Source: Octopus sinensis (taxonomy: Eukaryota). Taken from it: a stretch of DNA of 64,000 bases. Location of the stretch: contig NC_043015.1 of the NCBI RefSeq assembly GCF_006345805.1, forward strand, positions 7,688,001-7,752,000. Reading direction: 5' to 3'. The translations under genes and the position numbers were made by a program. How positions within the stretch are numbered: the stretch's first letter is position 1; every line of letters begins with the position of its first letter. This document shows, one piece after another, positions 55,416 through 64,000 of this stretch. The notes below the pieces were generated by a model that saw only the letters and a program-made list of their open reading frames with translations, was not told the DNA's origin and made no database searches.

Positions 55416-55653
55416 ACCGCCAAGTTACGGGACGTAAAACGCCAGCATCGGTTGTCAAGCGATGTTGGATGACAGACAGACACCAAACATACGCACACAT
55501 ATACGACGAGCTTCTTTCAGTTTCTGTCTACCAAATCCAATGCTTTGGTCGGCCCGAGGCTATAGAAGAAGACATTTGCCCAAGGTGCCACGCAGTAGAA
55601 CTGAACCCAGAACCATGTGGCTCGTAAGCAAGCTACTTACCACCACAGCCACT
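55416..55653 (-). mobile_element. SINE family A, tail lost at the TA array
   Basis: Reverse-complement head and body present; truncated at aaccgccaagttacgg. Confidence 0.85.
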
Positions 55654-56165
55654 CTGTGAACGAGGAACTGAAGCATGGAATATGTAATCAACCTCATCAT
55701 TCAGTCTCCGCCTAAATTTTCGGATGTTCAAGAGTGTTCTTTATATTTTAGAGTATTTCTTCTCCCACACTGCATATTACACACACACAGACACACTCAC
55801 ACATACAAACACACACACACACACACACACGAATACACACAGTTTCTGTGTGTGTCTGTATGAAGGCGTATGGCCAAATAGTAACGTTGCTGCATACACG
55901 AATGCTGGGCAGAGGGTGGCGCTGTGCTCATGAGCAAACACTTCCTCTCACACTCCTCTCTGTTCACTTTGACACTTACATGTGGGTACACCGTTTTCAG
56001 GCAACGTCGAATTGATGGAATAAGTAAGATAATGTAATGAATAATCGCTTGAACTCTATACACAAATCCTTTCTGTTGGCCGAAAACTGAAGACTTATCA
56101 TCGTCGTCTTATATATATATAGTATATATATATATATATTATATAGATATATATATATATATATA

Positions 56166-56702
56166 CGAGGGTTAAAAGTTCTATGCCACCACCATCACCC
56201 ACTAGCAACAATAATTAAGGTGCTGACAATGATGTGATGATGACAATTGAAATATAAAAATCCCTGACAAAGGCTATTTAAAACATTTCTAAAACTAGTC
56301 TAACAATTGCTGCCTCGGCCAGGGTTAAGATACAGGACTCTTGACATGTTCAACAAAGCGTGACGCCTAAACCAATCAGCTTAAGTAATTGAGTGATACT
56401 ACACACTGATTGGTCAGAATACAGTTTGCAAAACCTAGCAATCTGGACCCTTCACAGCTGTATTTAAGGCACATATTTAATCATCTCGCTACAGTCAAAA
56501 ATTGTGAAGCATGCCTGTCACCACTACTACATGAACCTGGAGATTGCAGAATTTAATGCATGAAAGTACTAGTTGAATCAGAATGAACATTTAACTTTCT
56601 ATTATTTTATTTTATTTTATTATATTATATTATCTTATATTATATCATTATAAGATTATAAATAAAACGTGAAAATCAGACAAGGCTGGAATTCCTTTTA
56701 TT
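56166..56702 (+). mobile_element. Putative solo Penelope-like pseudo-LTR between (TA)n tracts
   Basis: Unique ~540 bp bounded by (TA)n; inverted CCAAT pair (accaatcag..ctgattggt), TATTTAA, degenerate hammerhead at 56534-56574, then AATAAA near 56661. Confidence 0.45.
56534..56574 (+). ncRNA. Degenerate minimal type I hammerhead motif
   Basis: AAC-CUGgAGA-U-UGCA GAAUUUAA UGCA-U-GAAA-GUAC-UA^GUU; palindromic stem III AGUACU; stem I AAC/GUU; A6 is G. Confidence 0.5.
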
Positions 56703-57024
56703 ATATATATATTTATATATATATGTGTGTAGTTTGTGTGTATGTATGTGTGTGTGCGTGTGTGTATCTATAGTACACGATGAGGGTTTTATATCCCTAA
56801 GCAAGAAATCGATCCATAGTTAACCCTTTAAAATAAAACTTGTCCCAGTAGCGACAAAGCTATCTGGTATTGTTATACGCTGGTGTCCACACTTCTCTTA
56901 TTATCTAAGCGGAAACGGATACATTAAAATATACTATATGCATATGTGTTTGCCTGTGTATCTGTATCTCCATGTGCGTGTTTTGTTATAAAGAAGTTTT
57001 CATTATAAGCAACAGGACTCACGG

Positions 57025-57170
57025 CCTCGGGCCGAACGCGGTTCTGCCAAAGGGACCGATACAGCAAGTTTCAATCTGTAAAATGAAATACTGGGCTCGA
57101 TTTATTCAACTAAAAATTCAAGGCGGTGTTCTAGCGTGGTGGTAGGCAGTCTATTGAAACAGGTAAAAGG
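57025..57170 (+). mobile_element. Old family A-related SINE remnant
   Basis: gcctcgggccga..gcggttctgccaaagggaccgata..tcgatttattcaactaaaa..aaggcggtgttctagc..tgaaacaggtaaaag. Confidence 0.55.
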
Positions 57171-57254
57171 CAAATGATAAAAGATAATTACATGTGTGTG
57201 TATGTGTATATATATATTATATATATATATATTATATATATATATATATATATG

Positions 57255-57285
<31 letters not shown>

Positions 57286-57318
57286 GGATAGATAGATGGA
57301 TAGATGGATGGATGGATA
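57255..57318. repeat. (GATA/GATG)n microsatellite
   Basis: Directly visible. Confidence 0.95.
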
Positions 57319-57431
57319 ATTAAAAAATAGGATAGAATCTTTATAAGAATTTATCTAGTAGTTAGCGTGAAAAAACCTCATAAGGGAAAAATCCATCAAT
57401 TGTTCCTCTTAAATATATTTATTTATATTAA

Positions 57432-57590
57432 GGGCATTACAATACATAAATGCCTCTCGCTAGCAGGGACTCTTAAAGTGAAAACAAGCATAATAAACAC
57501 ATTGTACCGAACGCTAGGAAATGCAACTCTCGAAGCGAGCATTTTAAAACCGTCCCTCTTAGCGTGAGGCATTTATGTATTGTAATGCCC
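57432..57590. mobile_element. 159-bp MITE with 39-bp TIRs, flanked by TTAA
   Basis: TTAA|GGGCATTACAATACATAAATGCCTC..GAGGCATTTATGTATTGTAATGCCC|TTAA; TIRs match at 36/39, first 25 perfect. Confidence 0.85.
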
Positions 57591-57625
<35 letters not shown>

Positions 57626-58431
57626 TATTATTGGACGCTCAGGAAAGAAGAAGGGTTTAACGTTATATATATATACGTATATATGTATGCGTGTGTACAC
57701 ACACACACATACATATATATATAAATATATAACTCACTCACATACACATTCATACATGACATAGTGCAGTTGTTTAAATAATAACCTACCAGAAGCAGAT
57801 TTCTACTCTTTTCAGAGCACATGTCTCATGCTAGCAATGATATAATACCAAACCGTTGGAATCTTTAATATTTCTATATTAAATATCATAACTACTTCCA
57901 ACACGTATAAGTGGGGGTGAAATTCTCTTAGGCATTTCATATTTGCATGTGTAACAAAGTGATATTTGAAAGGAAATCGAAAGCAAATATGCCAGACCTC
58001 TTGACACCAAACAAGTGAAGTCAAGTAGGTACTCTTAAGAGCAAAGCATATGAATAGCATTATATTCAATCCGTAAAATATCACTTGCTCAGAAAGTTAA
58101 TTACACGCCTACTAAGAGAGGCATTGCACTAATGCGATCAAATGAAGAGAAATTCCGAAAATACGCTTCTTTGATGAAAGCAATTATTTTCTTTCAATAA
58201 CATATATCTAGCCACAAGTGAACAGTTATTTCTTTAGTGAAAACGTTTAAATAGTTTGGCTAAGAAGTCATGGCTCATTTAAGAAGTCATTACGTTAAAT
58301 ATATTTCAAGAAATCAAAACAAAATCTTTAAAAATAAAATAAATACTGTACGCTCTTGTCTAATTAATTGTCTACCTGTAGTTACGCGCATACACATTGA
58401 CGCGCCCGTGCACACAAACAAACATACATGC

Positions 58432-58483
<52 letters not shown>

Positions 58484-59444
58484 ATTTGTAGGTTTGTTTC
58501 TGTGTGTGTTTCTACCTGTGTGTGTGTTTGTGTGCGTGTATATGCGAGTGTCTGTCTGTACAATTTTTAAATATATTTATTTAATATATAAAATCCTATT
58601 TAATCATAAGTATATAACGAACGACTGAGTATGTAATTATATATAGAAATATGTATGAAATTATATATACGTCCGGATACGTGTATACATATATGTGTGT
58701 GTGTGTATGTATGTTTGTGTCTGTGTGTGAGTGTGTATACATACATCATATATATATATATAATATATATATATATATCTATATATATATACAAATATAT
58801 ATACATTTAGTTATATATATATAACTATATATATATGTGTATATATATATGTATTTATAAATACTAACACACACGCCTACATTCATACATACATACATAT
58901 ATACATAGAAACAAGAACAGTTCTTCGCTCAACTAAACTACCCGCTCGTTAATCATAATGATATTGGCCGTTTATATAGCAGATGTAATTGAATATAAAA
59001 TGATTGCTAGACCGAATAATTATGCCATAATATGTATCTAAACTGCACCTCTGTGTTACTTTTAGACACCAAACGAGAATATCAATACCTTCCGTTTACC
59101 CAGTTTCCAGTTATAGCTTAAGGAGAAGTGAGACTATAGTGAAAGTCGCATGCCCAAACAGTTATGCTGAACCGCTTAATTACGCATTCGTCAATAAACA
59201 ACATGTTCTCCATCTTTGGCGGTTGGTGACAAACGCACACACACACATTCATAGATATATTTCTGCATGCATATGCATCTCTTTCTTTGAGATTTATTCT
59301 TCTTAAAAGAGCTCAAGCCGGTCGCCAACAAAGTGATATGACATTTTGAGTTAAGAGATTTCCCAGTGTTTTTAGATATGTAGTCGAGTAGATGTGTTGG
59401 TTGAGCTGCCGTTGCATACATCCGTGTGTGTTTATCTATTCATA

Positions 59445-60950
59445 AAAAGAATCTCAAGTGGAATGCCTTAATAATATTTACTGTATCGCTAATAGAGAAT
59501 CTGCGACAGCTTCTTTCGCTCTTTCATCAAAAGACTGAGTATTTGTAGATTTTCGAATAAATTTGTAGGCACACAGACAAATGCACCTAGAATAATAGGT
59601 AAAGATGAGAATTTAAAGTGAGGGCACGAATGCTGTAAAGTGCACAATAATTCACCATAAATGTTCTCATTCTCCTGTACTTTTCATGGTACACACACAT
59701 CCGATGTGGATGTGCAGCTGACTTCTACGACAGGGCTTGGGTTTTGTTCTCTGTCCCACAGAACAATATCAGATCTGTTATATTCCGCCGAGGTCGACTT
59801 TGCCTTACATCTATTCGGGGTACTAGTTGCGTACTGGGATCGATCTAATCGAGTGTCTCCTTCCCCACAAAATTTCGGGCCTTGTGCCTAGAGTAGAAAA
59901 GAATATCAGATCTATTATGTTTCACCTAATTGGTACTTTTATTTGAGTGTTCCATTAGCATGTGCGGTGTGAATACATGTTGGGTCTGACGTATACGCCA
60001 ATGCTTTCATATGAGCGTCAAGCAATCTCTGCTTACTGATAGCGTTGTAAATAACTTTTTGAAACTCTATCATGCCCCAGCGGCAGATAGTACCTCGTAG
60101 ATCCTTTCAGGCAGCTGCTGCTGATGCGGCTGATATCTTTCACACCGGTATAGCAGTGATGAGTTTTCAATCAAAACGTGGAGGATTTGTGGTATATATA
60201 TTTCTATTGTTCTTCAGGTATTTAGTAGCTCTCCTGTTCCTGGATAGTGAAGACATATTCTTTAGATGGAATTTCATACATCTATTACAGATAAAAGAAA
60301 GGATTCTCTCCTTATGAATGATTTTATCTTTTAGCTTAAGGGATATGTACCCCTGCATTACTTCTTGGTAGTATGATATATGCTTCTCCTCAAAGCTTCT
60401 GTCTAGGTAGGGCAGTCCGATTCCTTTTGGATTTTATGAGACAGTTGTGTTCTCAAAGTACCTGCCGAACAGTTTTTCTCTAAGGCACATTTTTTCTCTA
60501 AAGATAATGTTTCACTTACTTCAGAGTATGCAGGAATGCTCTAATTTCTTTCGTTATCGCTCAGTAGTTGTTATCTGAGTAATCCGGAGCGACATTTAAA
60601 AGCTGTTGTGACTGATCTTATGCCTCTACTGCCATCACTTCGTCTGACATAGGTCCTATCGTTGTCAGTGTTGATGTCTAGCCTGTCTACCTCGTCAAGT
60701 GACAATTCTAGTATCCTTATTGTTGGTACTAGCATTGGCACTGCATAGGCGTCGTAAGATATCGTCTTGTTCAATGCAAGCAGGTCTTAGTTCAATATTT
60801 CCCGGAGTCTACAGAAGTACTCCTTTGCTATTGTGACCTTAATCTCATCAATTCCGAGACACTTATAGCTTTCATTATGGGAGATAGACAACTCATTAAC
60901 TTACACGTTATTTGCCTGGCTGACAATCATCCTCGGTTCACTATCATATG
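59445..60950 (-). mobile_element. Decayed Dong/R4-clade non-LTR retrotransposon, 3' half (thumb, CCHC, REL endonuclease)
   Basis: ESYKCLGIDE..KEYFCRLREIL..NKTISYDAYAVP..DRTYVRRSDGSRGI..MQGY..FTIQEQE..ATKYL..CYTGVKDISRISSSCLKGSTRYYLPLGHD..KHNRSDIVLWDRE..VVEVSC..ENIYGEL..PIILGA, in the order expected for R4/Dong ORFs. Confidence 0.85.
59782..59901 (+). mobile_element. SINE family C, 5'-truncated, with 17-bp TSD
   Basis: attccgccgaggtcgactttgccttacatc..; TSD aatatcagatctgttat (59765-59781) / aatatcagatctattat (59902-59918). Confidence 0.88.
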
Positions 60951-62017
60951 TCCGTTTGTGTGTATGTAAATATGTATGTATATGTCCTTCAGAATATTTG
61001 TATATAACTGAATATCTATAAGACTACTATATAATGATAATGTTGTCACTGAACCGAATCTTTTGTACGATGACGAATTCAAAATGCAATAACCGATACT
61101 GCAGGATATTTCCTATGACTCCGTACTACTTCCGACAATCTAGCAGAGATTGAAATTATTATATAATTTCAATCATAAAATCGTATTCCCTCTTGCTAGA
61201 ACTTTTAATGCCGGATCATGTACCACTACAAATTCTGTTACTCTAGCTTTTTTAAATAGTGTCCATATCACATAGAATAATCTATTCACTTTCACCATAA
61301 ACGCAGTGGTTATTGTTGTCCGAGATACAATACTTCTAAATAATAATATTCTCTCATTAGGCGCTTTACTGGTAGATTTACAGAACCAGAACTCTCCAGT
61401 CGCTATAGAAAAGTAAAATAATACCAAGGTTTCTTCTAACATCGCCACTAGCATTCTTTAGTAATGAATCCCAAAGACATATTTAAATATACTGCAATGT
61501 ATGCCATGGGATATATCAATTACACGGTAACCATTTTGTCTAAAACATTATAGATTTTATGCATTCTGTTATGTTGTTTGTTTCTGCAAGTTTTTCCAGC
61601 AGAAGTAAAAGAAATCAGAACTATAGACGCCAATGAACACAGACATATGTTCGTCTCCTTTGCCTAACAATCATGACAACCTATGATTTGGTTAGGGCCT
61701 TTCGTTTAGGCTATTTATCTATTTATATTCTTCATCGATTAACCATTGCGACGGTAATCAATCAGGCAACATCACCTCTATTTGCAGGTCACGGCAACAA
61801 TAAACTGATAATCTATTCATGCAATACTGACACGAGAGAGACACTTAAGTAGTTAGAACTACGGAACTGGACACTGAATGAAAATGAAGAGATTTAAATT
61901 AGATATTATTAGCGATTATTAGTTACTGGTGCACTTTAACCACTAATATAATTGCAATCAGAATAAAGTGAATTAATCTAAGATAATTAATCTAAGAAAA
62001 TGTTATGCTAACATATA

Positions 62018-62057
<40 letters not shown>

Positions 62058-62782
62058 CATATACACGCAGACATATATTTCTATATGTTTCTGTGTGTGT
62101 GTGTATGAATTTCAGAGATTAAGGTCACTTATTAAGTGTCTGTAAAGTTTCTCTGTGAAATGAATTTAGTTTGACATTTATCGAGAGACCAAATATACTA
62201 TTTATAAATTAAATATATATTCAGAATTATTATGTCTTCAGATGAGTTGAATATATTTTAGTCTTCTACACTGAAATAGAATGGAAATTAGACACTCACA
62301 GTATATATATATATATATACACACTCTATTTCACCTTTGCGCAACCCATCCCACTAGATTCTTTCGATACGTGCAAATCTCTTTCTGTCATATTGTGGCA
62401 TATGCATAGTTATTAGTATTTGTTCTCTTGTATATAACCGTAAGGCTTCTATTTACATAATGCTTTATAATTGATGTACTTATAAAATAACTTGTTTGTT
62501 TCTGTCTTAGTATGCATTCGCTAACTTTCCCAATAGCTTTATAACAACACTGGCGCCTCCAAAATTGAGGGGTCTCAATGGTAATAACGCAAAACCATTA
62601 TGCTATTTTCGTCTTTGCCTAAATTTCCTGTCCGTTAAGTTTTCCACTAGTTTCATGTTTGGTCTGCTTTCCTTAAACATTTTCTCCTTGCGTTCTTTCT
62701 GTTTAAACCTTAATACATCTATGTAGCACAACGCACATCCTGTTTGGTTACTTTATATATATTATATATATATATATATTAT

Positions 62783-62837
<55 letters not shown>

Positions 62838-63636
62838 CATATATATACATATATATATGCACTTTGTGTGGTAGAGTGTTTATGTATATAAAATTTACGT
62901 GAATACACCTTTTGATCAATAAATGATGTAGCAGCTTATAGCGGATCCTGTCACAGTAAAAAAGAACTATGAAACTTTTGTCCGACTGTGTGAAAATAAA
63001 TCTTGAGTGAGGGCAATGAAAGCAGATCCAAGAAATCTTGATATAAATGTGCACGCATGCATGTGCGCTCGTGCAGTTCCGAAGAAAAAAATAGCTATTG
63101 AGACTGAACCTATTATTTGATAATTGTCAAAGAACCGAGAAAATATTGACTAAATATGTACACGTGATTTTGTATAAAGCAATACCTTTTTCATAAAATA
63201 TACATATTCACATGCCTGAACATTGCGTAAGTAGCACATTTATATATATATTTCAAAATCTTATGTAATTTCGAAAACTATATATTTTAAGCTTTTGTTT
63301 AATACATTAAAAAACAAAATCAGGACACTAGCAATCTACTGACGGCAAATTATGTCAACTTTATTTCGATCTAGTAATGCATTATCGCATAGAATCCTTT
63401 TAATTATCTGTAATAAAGTAAACATTTGTATTTCGGTTAAGCTGTCAATTGACGAATAATTGTAACAAAAGGAAGCGCAAAATTTAAACACAAAGGAAGA
63501 CAACATTTCTCGTTTTGGTGCTGTTGTTGCTTTCGCCGATTCGCATGATTCTCTGATGCCACTCACTCCCATAAAAACGAATTTGAATTGCGTACTTCGG
63601 TCATTGTTAATGTTTCATTAACTTTTTACACAACAA

Positions 63637-63794
63637 GAGTGGCTGTCTGGTAAGTAGCTTGCTAACCAACCACATGGTTCAGGCTTCAGTCCCACTGCGT
63701 GGCATCTTGGGCAAGTGTCTTCTGCTATAGCCCCGGGCAGACCAATGCCTTGTGAGTGGATTTGGTAGACGGAAACTGAAAGAAGCCTGTCGTA

Positions 63795-63869
<75 letters not shown>

Positions 63870-64000
63870 TTGTCCCACTAGCATTGCCTGACAACCGATG
63901 TTGGTGTGTTTACGTCCCCGTCACTTAGCGGTTCGGCAAAAGAGACCGATAGAATAAGTACTGGGCTTACAAAGCATAAGTCCCGGGGTCGATTTGCTCG
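63637..64000 (+). mobile_element. SINE family A, runs off the window end
   Basis: gagtggctgtctggtaagtagcttgc..(TA)n(TG)n..gcggttcggcaaaagagaccgatagaataagta. Confidence 0.9.

Noticed and set aside
58085-58096. 12-nt match to the 3' half of miR-315 (ttgctcagaaag)
   Set aside because: The seed half is absent and there is no hairpin.
61173-61454. 93-aa minus-strand ORF with an internal acceptor-like site
   Set aside because: No motif or homology recognised and weak donors; cannot be supported from sequence alone.

Overview
AT-rich eukaryotic genomic DNA, very likely octopus (inferred from recognisable octopod tRNA-derived SINE families and very large (TA)n/(CA)n compound arrays), with one 100-N scaffold gap. 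No complete protein-coding gene is visible. Nearly all ORF-track entries are microsatellite or SINE translations; one GC-elevated candidate exon (3962-4216) remains unidentified. The window holds about 20 SINE copies from 3 families and decayed non-LTR retrotransposon fragments that I translated by hand: two RTE pieces, a Dong/R4-type piece with a REL endonuclease, and a Penelope-like RT. It also has a 159-bp TTAA-flanked MITE. The most notable signal is a set of (TA)n-embedded, non-coding Penelope-like terminal-repeat modules carrying type I hammerhead ribozyme motifs. One is a ~170-bp-arm inverted repeat (19764-20181) with an intact-looking hammerhead on each strand and an unusual branched stem II; two unrelated degenerate hammerheads lie at 37.05 kb and 56.55 kb. 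A second recurring signal is fold-back (template-switch) inversion centred on (AT)n tracts. All calls come from manual reading, so the coordinates of decayed elements are approximate.
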